A stretch of DNA of 64,000 nucleotides from Octopus bimaculoides (GCF_001194135.2 NC_068987.1:105629346-105693345); one strand, 5' to 3'. Shown: positions 1 to 10,949, counted from the first letter of the stretch. Numbers and translations: made by a program. Notes: a model not told the origin generated them from the sequence alone.

Positions 1-209
1 GTTGTTTCTGTTATTGATGTTTAACCCGAGGTCATCAGTGATCGAACAAATGTATGATTGAATGCGTTCTGGCAGTGATCATTCCGCTTTTTTTTCTTAC
101 CAGTCCTAGCGCGTCTTCTAATTCTGAGACGATAGGGTTGGGTTTGAGCGGGATTCGACTTCTTTTTCGAGCAACAAAATCTTTTATTGTGAAGTTTTAT
201 TGTGAATAC

Positions 210-345
210 GTGCGTGACCGAGTTGTAAGGATGTTGGACTTAGGGTCACAAGAACATTGATTCCATTCCTGATCGGGCGGCGCGTTGTTTTTCTGCAATG
301 TACATAATTTACGTTAGTTTACCAGTCAACTACTGGTGCAACCGT
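210..345 (+). mobile_element. Degenerate tRNA-derived SINE head (family C-like)
   Basis: GCGTGACCGAGTTGTAAGG...TTGATTCCATTCCTG resembles the A/B-box head of the better preserved copy at 29349-29600. Confidence 0.4.
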
Positions 346-644
346 CTCTTCATTCAGTTGCTAAATCTTAGGTCAGGCATCTTAGATAACCATCTCGGGA
401 ATCGAACCGCAGGAGACACGGCACGTCATCTGCCTGGCTCTACTACAAAACAATTCAAAATAATTTTTTTAAGCATGCCATAACAGAAAGTCACGTGGGC
501 CACATTTTTGCCAATGGCTTTCTTAGATGTTCTGCTGGGTCAAGGGCGAAAATGTCGATAGGACGTCTATATCTACTTGCGACTACATAGACACCTTCAA
601 GGTGCTACTGTTGTTATTGACGTTGACACCAGAATCTGGTAGGT

Positions 645-676
645 AAGAAGGCGAGCTGGCAGGGTCATTAGAACGT
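645..676 (+). mobile_element. SINE family A, head only, interrupted by the hammerhead-bearing sequence
   Basis: AAGGCGAGCTGGCAGGGTCATTAGAACG matches the heads at 8400, 34065 and 36580 (GGCGAGCTGGCAGAATCG). Confidence 0.6.
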
Positions 677-747
677 CTATGCTGATGGGAACACGGATGT
701 TGTTACGTAAGTATAACGTTAATGTTCGAAACTGCAGCAGTCCATAG
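677..747 (+). ncRNA. Type I hammerhead ribozyme fold with one core substitution (A9G)
   Basis: Stem I CTATG(677-681)/CATAG(743-747). Core CTGATGG (682-688; canonical CUGANGA). Stem II GAACA(689-693)/TGTTC(723-727). GAAA (728-731). Stem III ACTG(731-734)/CAGT(738-741). Cleavage triplet GTC (740-742). Confidence 0.75.
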
Positions 748-1412
748 GTAATTCTTTATTCTGTATATCTCTCATTTTGTCCTGTTCTGGCGTTTTGCGA
801 AATTTTTCTGGAGAACATTATTTTACTTTGTGGTTGGGTCGTTGATGACCTCTTTCTAGCATATTGTATGTCCACCTAGTGGTCATCCCTTATACACGTG
901 TAATATATATATATATATATATGAAAAAAATGCATTAAATTCTACAAAATGTACATGTAGGACAGACACAGAAGGACCTTAATTCTTCATCAGTTATGGA
1001 CCAAAATACTAATACTCTGTTTTAGGCCTTTAATGATAAGACTGAGAACTTCGTACATTGGCGGCACCCGTAAAATTTGCGGAGAATTGGGGTTCGAGCA
1101 AACAAAACAATATAGGGTGGACGTACGAAAGTAGACAAATGTAATTTGAAACGATAGACGAAGAGGGAATAAATGCAGCCTTTCGGCCAAGCACGAGAGT
1201 AATGGGTAACGCCTAGAAGAAATCCTCAATGGATATAGAAAAAGAAATTGCAAGAGTGGAGAAACTGTTGGACGCCAGGCTAAGCGTCCGGTGGAGAAAA
1301 AGCAGAGAGATGAGAAAAATTAGTTACAGGTCACGTGTGGGCAGTAGATAGAAGGGAAAGAGGATGAGAGAGAGTACGCCAGAGAGAAGAGAGGAAGAAA
1401 GAAGGGAGAAAG

Positions 1413-1414
<2 letters not shown>

Positions 1415-1464
<50 letters not shown>

Positions 1465-2312
1465 TATATATATATATATATATATATAAACAATATATGA
1501 GTATATGCATATATATGTACGTGTATGTATATACGTTCATCCACATGTACATATAGATACATAACTGGGTACATGACGTGGCAAAAGAACAAGGACAAAC
1601 ATGGTAAACAAGGTGCAACAAACAAGCAGGCCACATAGAAACATCCCCTTACGAAACATAGACACAGCCACGTTGTGATTCAGCAATAATGGTCGTCGTT
1701 GCGGAAGGTCGTCTTCATTGTTGTACATTTTGTTTTTGTTATTGGAGTATTATTGTATTACTTTTACTGTCGCTCTGCATGCAGTAGTGTTAGTAGAAGT
1801 AGTAGTAGTTTTAGTAGTAAAGTAGTAGCAGCAGCAGCAGCAGCCATAACTGCGGTGTTGGTAATTGTGGGGTAGTAATAGTAGTAAATGGAGTAGTAGT
1901 AGCAGCACATCAGCAGTAGTGGTGGTGGTGGTGGTGATTACTTGTTGTATTAGCGTTGTGGTATTTGAGAAAACCCAGATTTGTTCCGCTTGAATAAACC
2001 TGCCAAAGATAATGGAAAAGCCGATCGAAGACATTGTTTGTATGGTCGTTATAGTCGTGGTGGTCATCTCGTCATGTCTTTATTGTGGCTACACACTGGG
2101 AAGATTTTAGGAATTAAAATATAAGAATTCATATTTAAATATGGCAGACAAGACTGCTAAGTGAAAGAAGGATATAAAGAGAGAGAGAGAGAGAGAGGGA
2201 GGGAGAGAGAGAATGAGTGAGTGAGAAAGAGATAACGAGATTACTCTCTATTCGTCGGACTGTCTCTCTGCTATACATACATACATACATACATACATAC
2301 ATACATACATAC
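1415..2312. repeat. Compound microsatellite / low-complexity tract: (CA)n, (TA)n, (GTA/GCA/GTG)n, (GA)n, (TACA)n
   Basis: Directly visible simple repeats; (TACA)n at 2274-2312. Confidence 0.9.
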
Positions 2313-3570
2313 TTGACTTGTCTGTAGAGGAAATCCGCTCCATAGATATCAAAACTCGTAAAATCCTGACAGCAACTGGGAACTTCCACAGAAACAGTGA
2401 TGTTGACAGGCTCCACCTTAAAAGAAATGAAGGTGGTAGAGGCCTGAGATCAATGCAGACGGCCTTCGAATACCATATGGTATCATTCAGGCAGCACCTG
2501 CTAAACAAAAGCCGCAAAAATAAATATATAGATGCAGTCCTGAAAAGTGAGGTGAGCAACATTGTACAAGTTGGCAGTGAGCTTCCTCAAGAACCACTCT
2601 CTTACTGAAGATCTCGTATTACAGCTGGATTCTCTTACCTCAAATAAGACCTGGATGGAAAGCACTCAGCGTACTAAAAAAAAAAGAAAAAGACTATGCA
2701 TGGTTATGTTGTCCGGAAGCTTGAAAAGACAGTAGAATTGAAAGGAAGCGCAGCCTCTCTTGGAAAGGGAGACCACTACATCACACTCTGGGGGCTATGC
2801 GTTTGCAATCCAGGAACAGGAGATTGCTACAAAGTACCTAGTGAACAAGATACACATTGACGCTCTTGTAATCCCAAGATGCAACCGCATGTGTAGGCTG
2901 TGTCATGTTTTTGTGGAAGACATCACGCATGTGATTAGCAGCTGTCCTAAAATGTCGTCTCGGTACTACCTCTCTATGCCGCACGATGTTGTTGCTAAAA
3001 CAATTTACAATGCGATCTGCAAAAAAGACTGTCCTGAAATAAACTTAGAAAATCCCTCTGTTATGGGATACATTCAAAAACACCAACTCAAGGAATACTG
3101 GTGGAATATTCCCATCAAAACTCCAGTCAAATGTAACCATAACAGGCCGGATATTGTTGTTTGGGACTGAGAGGCAAAGGTATGTACCATCAGAGAGGTC
3201 AGCCGCCCTGCAGATACAAATATCTCTTTGAAAATCGAAGAAAAAGAGGATATCTAAGGACAACTGCTTCGAAACCTCCAGCTTTTATATCCAGACTATG
3301 AATTCATATTCATACCGATAATAATTGAAGCACTAGGTTTTGTTAGTAAATGCTTAATGGAGACACTGGATAAACTAGGATTTTTAGAAATAGAAATCGA
3401 CCTGCTAAGTCTTACATAACAAATATAATCTGTGAGTGGAACAGTAAAAATATGCAAGACTTTTCTCAAGTTTCAAATTTGTCTGTGTTAACTACATCCC
3501 AAAGACGGAGCCTTGTATCTTTGTTGGAAACCAGCTCCCTCCTCAGTGGAAGATTTATAATAATTATAAA
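2313..3570 (+). mobile_element. 5'-truncated, decayed R4/Dong-clade non-LTR retrotransposon (RT thumb, CCHC knuckle, restriction-like endonuclease)
   Basis: DIKTRKILTATGNFHRNSDVDRLHLKRNEGGRGL; FAIQEQEI; CRLC-x5-ITHVISSC; (R/P)HDVVAK; RPDIVVWD; ends KICKTFLKF. Contains stops and frameshifts. Confidence 0.9.
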
Positions 3571-3645
3571 AAAAGGAAGAGACACATACATACATACATA
3601 CATACATACATACATACAATATATTAGTTCGTTGACTGTACATGA

Positions 3646-3720
3646 CTGTGTTAACTACATCCCAAAGATAGAGACTTGTATCTTTGTTGGAAACGGGTTC
3701 CCTCCTCAGTGGAAGATTTA
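3646..3720 (+). repeat. Second copy of the LINE 3'-terminal 75 bp (direct repeat of 3483-3557)
   Basis: Ungapped alignment by eye gives 6 differences in 75 nt. Confidence 0.9.
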
Positions 3721-3861
3721 TGTTAATAAAAAATAGAACACACACACACACACACACACGCACACATTTCCCACAGATAATAGGATTTGATTTCTTTAGC
3801 ATTATCTATCTATCTATCATTATATATATACACGTATATACACAGATACACACACACACGC

Positions 3862-3893
<32 letters not shown>

Positions 3894-4027
3894 ATCTGTG
3901 TGTGTGTGTGTGTGTGTGTGTTTGTGTGTGCGTGCGTGTGCGTGTGTGTGCGTGCGTGCGTGCGTGTGTGTGTATATTATATTAACAATTAACGACAGAA
4001 GCAACCTTTGTAACAGATATTAATTAA

Positions 4028-4586
4028 CAAATCCAGCCGAAACTTGGATGTGTTCTTTATAATGTCTAGGACTGCGGTCGACGTCCTGAAAAGTCATCAC
4101 GTGTAGACAACGAATGCTAAAAATCGGTTGACGATAATTCGTCACCATCGAATTATGACATCGTTGTATCATCTGATTTCACCGTATAACGGATCGTCAG
4201 TAACAGTCAACCAAATACCAAATGCCAGACCGTAGCACCAGCAAAACAGCTAGAGGTGTCATGAAATGTTAGCGGGCTGTGTATAAGTTAGTTATGGCAA
4301 CTGTAGAAGCCCTCGTAACGAATATTAATTAGCACATTCAACCTAAGTTGGGTATGTTATCTATAAATGCCTAAGCAATCATCTCATGTACATGACAAAT
4401 GCAAAACACACAATTAACTGGTTGACGATCATGTGATACAACAGTACCTTCCGCGGGTGCTGTCGAAATATCGTTAACCGATATTATCTGTGTTATTTAG
4501 CATTTGTTGTCTACACGAGATGATTTCTCAGGACGTTTACCGCAGTCCTAGGCGTTATAAACAACATCTAGTTCGGGTTGGATGTT
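4028..4586. mobile_element. Non-coding element with ~120-bp imperfect inverted arms, flanked by TTAA (MITE-like)
   Basis: 4028-4147 is the inverse complement of 4458-4586 (e.g. CTAGGACTGCGGT...GTGTAGACAAC.AATGCTAAA). TTAA at 4024-4027 and 4587-4590. Confidence 0.75.
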
Positions 4587-4614
4587 TTAATATATATATA
4601 TATATATTGTTATT

Positions 4615-4720
4615 TTTTATTCTTTTACTGGTTTCAATCATTAGACTGCGGCCATCTTGGGCATTACGAGGAAGATTATAGTCGATCGTATCAATTCTAA
4701 TAACTACTTCAATGTTGTAC
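4615..4720 (-). mobile_element. SINE family B, 3' fragment
   Basis: TCTTTTACTGGTTTCAATCATTAGACTGCGGCCAT matches the family B tail seen at 51600 (-) and 27290 (+). Confidence 0.6.
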
Positions 4721-5592
4721 GTATTTGGTATATATACGATAGCACAGATTTCGACTTCAAAATCTACTCATTCACACGATATTTCTGAGGAAATATCTTG
4801 TGATATTTTTATTCTAGGCACCAAAGTCGATTATTTTTGCGAATTTATGGAAAACATTAGGTTCCGTGTTTATATTTTTGCAGCCATGCTTCTTTTTCTT
4901 TTCTGCTCTCTCCTTGTAGTAAGATTGTATTCAAAGAGTGTAATTTTTAAGTAGGATATTTTACTGTGCCCGATTTGTTCATATTAAACAATTTGAAAAC
5001 TTTATTTCTTCTCTCATCATAGTAAGAATTATACATATGTTGATATTTCTATGTGGTATAAATGAATGCAACATTGCATTATTAACATAAGTTACTTCAA
5101 CTTCATATCTTCGTCTTGCATAGAGAGACTTTCGCACCAGTTTTGTTTAAATAACATTTTTCGAATTGATTTCGATCGAACCTTGTTAGAAATTCACTTT
5201 GGCTAGATTTGAGTATTTCATGTGATATACATGGATAGTGGATCCTTTGCATATCGCATCGTTAGTCCTAATATGCCATAGTGAGGGAGAACCAGGCGTT
5301 TGGCTTCGCAGTAATAATAAGTTTTATATTATTTGTGAACTAGAGAACTAAAATATCGTTGCCCCGAGTTGGATGAAATATTCGTGACATGAAAATGACC
5401 TAAGTGCAGGTTCTACTTGTTTTCGTTCAGGCAATGGCAGTTTCGAGGAAATGCAGTCCATATGATATCTGAGGTTGGGAATTATGAAGTCGTACAGGAG
5501 AAGTGCATTAATATATATATTTAAATCGGTTAATATCTTTTCTATCTGAACGAGCCTGTCATGAGATATTTAGTGGATGATTTGTGGTACAT

Positions 5593-5670
5593 ATAGCCAA
5601 TTTGCTGGCTATAGGCATTTCGCTACCTGATGTGACCTTAGCGTATGATTCTATGATGGCCAACTTGTAT
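5593..5670 (+). repeat. 78-bp direct repeat of 6473-6550
   Basis: Ungapped; about 11 differences, with the first 27 and last 21 nt identical. Confidence 0.9.
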
Positions 5671-6218
5671 ATCATATTGTAATTTGTTATAATAAGTTGG
5701 TTACTATGCATGTTTTAGTACTACGACAGAACTAGAGTTCTGACCTCTGTACAGGTAATATAACAACTATACGAATCTTTCTGTCTTGTAAAATGAATGA
5801 CGTCACATACCGGCGCAGATACGGAGAACAAGGCAACGCCCTTGCCTTTTATGCTTTCAGGACCTCTGTGACCGGTAAGATGAAAAGAATGTATCCTCAA
5901 ACTAGAGATCTGGTCCGAATGTATATAACAGACTGGACATCCTTGAAGACACCAAGGAAGCAGGTAGTGGTGTTAGACTTGACGGTAGATTAAACCTTAC
6001 ACCCAATTATTCAAAACGCTAAGAGCTGGAACATGCAATACCACAACGCTTCTCATACGACGATATGACGATGGCGTCAGTCCACTGCCCAGTACAAGTA
6101 ATTTAGGTTAACGACACCGAAAGTGTGAAAGGCAAAGTTGATCTCTATAGCAATTGGATATGGAACACAGAGAATTGGGACAAATACTGCGAAGCATTTT
6201 GTCCTACGACCTGACGAT

Positions 6219-6495
6219 ACTGGCAATTCTCTGTTTGTAGCTAATTTGCTATTATCAGTCAACTTACCATCTATTGTTAATTTTCTGCAAATAGTCAATT
6301 CGCCACCTATAATCAATTCTCCGCCAGTAGCCAATTTGTGGCCTACAACCAATTCACCGTCAGTAGCTAATTCTTTACCAATAACCAATTCGCCGTCTAT
6401 AGTCTATTCATCACCAATAGCCAAATTCTCTGCCAATAACTTAAGTCTCCACAAATAGCTAATTTTTCGCTAATAGCCAATTTGCTGGCTATAGG
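6219..6495. repeat. Degenerate 18-bp tandem repeat (~14-15 units; approximate consensus ATAGCCAATTCGCCGCCA)
   Basis: Units such as ATAGTCAATTCGCCACCT / ATAATCAATTCTCCGCCA / GTAGCCAATTTGTGGCCT / ACAACCAATTCACCGTCA. Confidence 0.85.
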
Positions 6496-8399
6496 CATTC
6501 TGCTATCTGATGTAACGTTAGCAAACATGTCTATGATGGCCAACTTGTATGTTTTTATGGTGACCTTTTACACTGGACGACATAACTTGGGTCCCTACCT
6601 GCTGCTACCAGGTCAACTGCTACAATATCTTCTGCCCTGTGTTTTAAGAAGGTTGTTATTTGTCTGTCGCCTCTTGTATGCCTTACATCTGCATATTACA
6701 TTTTTATGGGCGTAGAAAATGGAATGTTACGTGAGGTTAGTATATGTGCATCTATCACTCAAGTTTGCTTTGTTTTAAAAATTTTACTGACGACACCTTG
6801 CAGAGCATGATGTTTCTCGCGTTTGCCTTTCAGCAGATTAAGCTTTCTTCCCAGCATTCTTGTTGAGATTTGTACATGATAGTCATACCATTTAGTTACG
6901 TACAACTATGAAAAAACGTAAATGTGCAAACTGGAAGTTCGTCCCAGTCCGTCCGTGCATGGAATATCTTTAAATTAGACTTATAGAGGATTGGAATTCT
7001 GTTATTTAACCTATATTCATTTTTATTTCTGTCCTGTGCTTGTTTATTTGACAGCTCAATATTCCTTCACCTTTGTTGTTGTACTTGCATTATGATTTTG
7101 TCTTATTTAATATCTTCCATATTTGTTATTATTAACTTGATCAATCAGAATTTATACGGGACCTGTGGGATTTCTTTTACCAATGTATTCATTGTTCGTG
7201 TTTCACTATCATCCTCTTTCATAATGGCATTCCATAAGTTCAAATACGGTTTAATGAGGGTGTAAGAATGAATAAATTTGCTCTTTTATATCTGTTGATG
7301 CTATCAAGCCACACAATCTTCCAGGGCATCAGCAATAAAAATGTTACCAAACGCTCATTTAGTAAATGCACTAACTCTACTGTACTTCTGAATCCATTCG
7401 CTCCTTCTGGAATGCCAATACATGTTCTAAGTCTGAACACTGGAGTTGTGGTATATTCAGTTTCCATCAAAACTGTGTTGAAACTTCGATAAGAAATACC
7501 ATAACTTAACGACGACTTTTGATAACTCGTCGTTGACAAATAGAATTGGAATGGTTCTAAGTGACACAAATGTATGATTTTATAGAGGAAATATCGAATT
7601 TCTACTATGTTATATAACTGTGAATAAAGCAGAAAATAATACTTTCTAGGGCTTTAGAATCATTGGACCTTAAAGCTCCAGAAGAAGGTTAAACGACAAA
7701 GAATGACAGCCACTCTAAGCGTTGTGTACAATGTGCATCAATATTTTCAATATTTCCATTGTATAAATTTTCCAATCTTATTAACTGGTCTTCTAATATT
7801 TTCAGTTCAATTTACATCTGCGAGTTATGTGTAATATTTATTACATTGTTGTTAAAACTATAAGTTATGTAAATATTAATTTTTCAATAATAACTATATG
7901 TTGTTTAGCTAAGCATCATAAAACACTTTTACATTATGAAAAAAATTATGAAGATACATAAATTTATGCATTAAATGAAAATATGAAATGCATAATAAAA
8001 TGTGGAATTTCCATCGGTGCTGGTAATAAATAATTATGAAGAACAAGAAAAAAGTAACGAATTGCGATATATAGCTTTCTTGTGTGTTGCAAAATTTACC
8101 CTGTTTCAGGTATTGTAAAACGCCAGAGAATAATTTATTTCGACGCCAAAATAAATTTTAGCTAAATCAAAAATTGAAATACGTGATTTACTTGTGACAA
8201 AAATTCATACGTTGAAAACATGAAACTGTAATTGACAAAAGACTGTGTGTTACCCTGATATTTATATGTAAATCAGATGATCTAATTCGATTCGTGTTAT
8301 ATGTGATTATTAGAAAGTAGTTTTAGTGGGATACAGCAACGCAAATATGGTTGCTGCCATTCTTTAATATAATATAACATAAATATCTAACTATCTAAA

Positions 8400-8612
8400 A
8401 GCGGTGAGCTGGCAGAATCATTTGCACGATGGACAAAATGCTACCCGATGCTACCCGGCATTTCGTCCGTCTTTACGTTCTTCTTTCGAATTCCGCTGAG
8501 GTCAACTTCGTCTGTTATCCTTTCGAGGTCGATAGAATAAATACCAGTTGAGCTCTGGGGTCGATGTAATCGACTAATCCTTCCTCCGAAATTGCTGGCC
8601 CTGACCCCAAAT
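8400..8612 (+). mobile_element. SINE family A copy
   Basis: GCGGTGAGCTGGCAGAATC head, GAATTCCGCTGAGGTCAACTT, GGGGTCGATGTAATCGACTAATCC body. Confidence 0.75.
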
Positions 8613-8639
8613 TAAAAAATTAGGGTTAGGGTTTGTATT

Positions 8640-8640
8640 C

Positions 8641-8673
<33 letters not shown>

Positions 8674-8697
8674 TGTATGTATGTATGTATGTGTCTG

Positions 8698-8753
<56 letters not shown>

Positions 8754-9115
8754 AACGAAAACTCATACATATACTCAAATTATCGACTTCTTTTAAAAGC
8801 TTAGACTCTGCGAGATGAGATTGTTTGGCATTCATTCGCTTGTGAATGGTATTAACGACATTAACTGTAAGGGTTTACAACAAAAAATAAATAAATAAAA
8901 TAAAATGTTCGTGGGTTCAACGAGCAGAAATTTTACCAATAATTTGCTGCAATTTCTCTCTCTACTTCTTTCTCTTCCTCTTCCTTCCTCTCTCTGTATA
9001 CATACACACACACGCACGCACACACGCACGCACGCACGCACGCATGCACTCACGCACGCACGCACTCACGCACGCACGCACTCACGCACGCACGCACGCA
9101 AACTCACATAGAGAT
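8640..9115. repeat. (TATG)n, (TCTA)n and (CACG)n microsatellites
   Basis: Directly visible. Confidence 0.9.
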
Positions 9116-10453
9116 ACATACGCATGACCCTGTCAGACACGAACACATACATACACATAAATCAAACAAAAAAGACAATCCGCCTTCTATACGCACATAC
9201 ATACACAATCTCTTTTTCTCTTATCCCTACATACATTAAATTCTAACTTTAGTAGACTCAAATGCCTACATCTGTAGGGAAGATTTAAGGTCTATTGATC
9301 GAACCAGTATATAACAAGTATTTTATCAACTCCTGGAAGTAATAGATGAAAGGTAATTTCAAACCTGGCGAGTGTTTGAAGGCAAAGCCTCAAAGGGACA
9401 TAATCAAATACTACTTCACCATGCAGTCTGACATTGTATGCTTTCTGCCAACGGTTTCTTTTCTTAAGTACGTACTGTCAACGTGAATGAGATTAGATAT
9501 AGATATGATTTAGAATTGGTTCAGAGTTTGTGTTAAATAAGAATAAGAATTGCAGTTAAGTGGAGATAAGTCTTATACTCGAAAATGTGTTAGACAGGAC
9601 AGCCAATGCTAGGCAGGCCTAGTAAGATAACATACTAGAAATTGATAGAAAGAAGGAAAGAAAAGAAAATGTAAAACACATATACACAAAGGCACAAATA
9701 TATTTTTACAAAGAGAGAGAAAAAATAAAATGAAGAAAAATATCTAGAAAATATTGTAGTAAAATCAGAAAAAGTAATGAAAGAAATCAACAAACAAATA
9801 GATAAAGAAGACAATAAGATAATAAAGGAATATTTTATCTGCATCGATGATTGCATCTTCCATCTGCCGCCATATATTCACACTATCGCCCCGATATCTA
9901 CAACTACTACCACCACCAATAGCATCAGACTCCTCTAATATCATTAAAAAGCAGAGAAAAAGATAAAGACAATAATTAAAAAAGGAAAAATTACAAATAG
10001 AAAGGGAAAACAAACCAAATTTTAAAAGCAAGTCCAAACAAAAATTCACTTGACGCCACCTTACTGTCAATTGATCATTTGCAAATGAACGACAATCACG
10101 TTAAATTGAGATGTTTATTATTACTAGTTATTATAGAAAGGTGAACCTTCGACCGTATCATATCGATTATCGACACAAACATTCGCTGATTGATTAGTGT
10201 TGACTCTCTATTTAAACAGAAAGAAAAAAATAGAGATAAAAATATGTCTGCTCTATTCTTACGGATCGTCTGCTTTCAGTGAAAATATATTCGCGAGGTT
10301 TATTTGTAAGAGGGAGAGAATGAATCTGGTTGAAGGTTGAGTTGTGTGGAATATGGGAGTGTAATTTATGCACAATTATTTTATTGTTGAAGGCAATCTA
10401 TATACACACACGTACGCTTATCTTTTTTGTGTGTGTGTGTATACATACATACA

Positions 10454-10489
<36 letters not shown>

Positions 10490-10536
10490 TTTAAATTATC
10501 AAGTTATGTATATGTATAAATATGTGCATGAATACA

Positions 10537-10573
<37 letters not shown>

Positions 10574-10949
10574 NNNNNNNNNNNNNNNNNNNNNNNNNNN
10601 NNNNNNNNNNNNNNNNNNNNNNNNNNNNNNNNNNNNNNNNNNNNNNNNNNNNNNNNNNNNNNNNNNNNNNNNNNNNNNNNNNNNNNNNNNNNNNNNNNNN
10701 NNNNNNNNNNNNNNNNNNNNNNNNNNNNNNNNNNNNNNNNNNNNNNNNNNNNNNNNNNNNNNNNNNNNNNNNNNNNNNNNNNNNNNNNNNNNNNNNNNNN
10801 NNNNNNNNNNNNNNNNNNNNNNNNNNNNNNNNNNNNNNNNNNNNNNNNNNNNNNNNNNNNNNNNNNNNNNNNNNNNNNNNNNNNNNNNNNNNNNNNNNNN
10901 NNNNNNNNNNNNNNNNNNNNNNNNNNNNNNNNNNNNNNNNNNNNNNNNN
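10574..10949. other. Assembly gap. Other N-runs: 12512-13204, 17129-17851, 18565-19008, 20229-20420, 31508-31640, 41686-41696, 44261-44270, 59364-59437, 60291-60761, 61749-61758
   Basis: N-runs, mostly bounded by dinucleotide repeats. Confidence 0.98.

Noticed and set aside
25-45. Minus-strand CTGATGA near the window start
   Set aside because: No stem II closes before the downstream GAAAC.
960-1005. Minus-strand CTGATGA followed by a 4-bp stem (AGAA/TTCT), a possible third hammerhead
   Set aside because: GTGTC follows instead of GAAA(C), and there is no complementary stem I arm. The surrounding 960-1270 looks like an unclassified dispersed repeat.
5793-5993. 66-aa ORF (GNALAFYAFRTSVTGK...) and a CRE site TGACGTCA at 5798-5805
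   Set aside because: Only vague similarity to transposon-associated motifs; an isolated 8-mer is expected by chance.
7508-7534. 8-bp hairpin AACGACGA/TCGTCGTT
   Set aside because: Isolated, with no supporting context.
8619-8630. TTAGGGTTAGGG telomeric dimer
   Set aside because: Two units only, at a SINE tail; not an interstitial telomere array.
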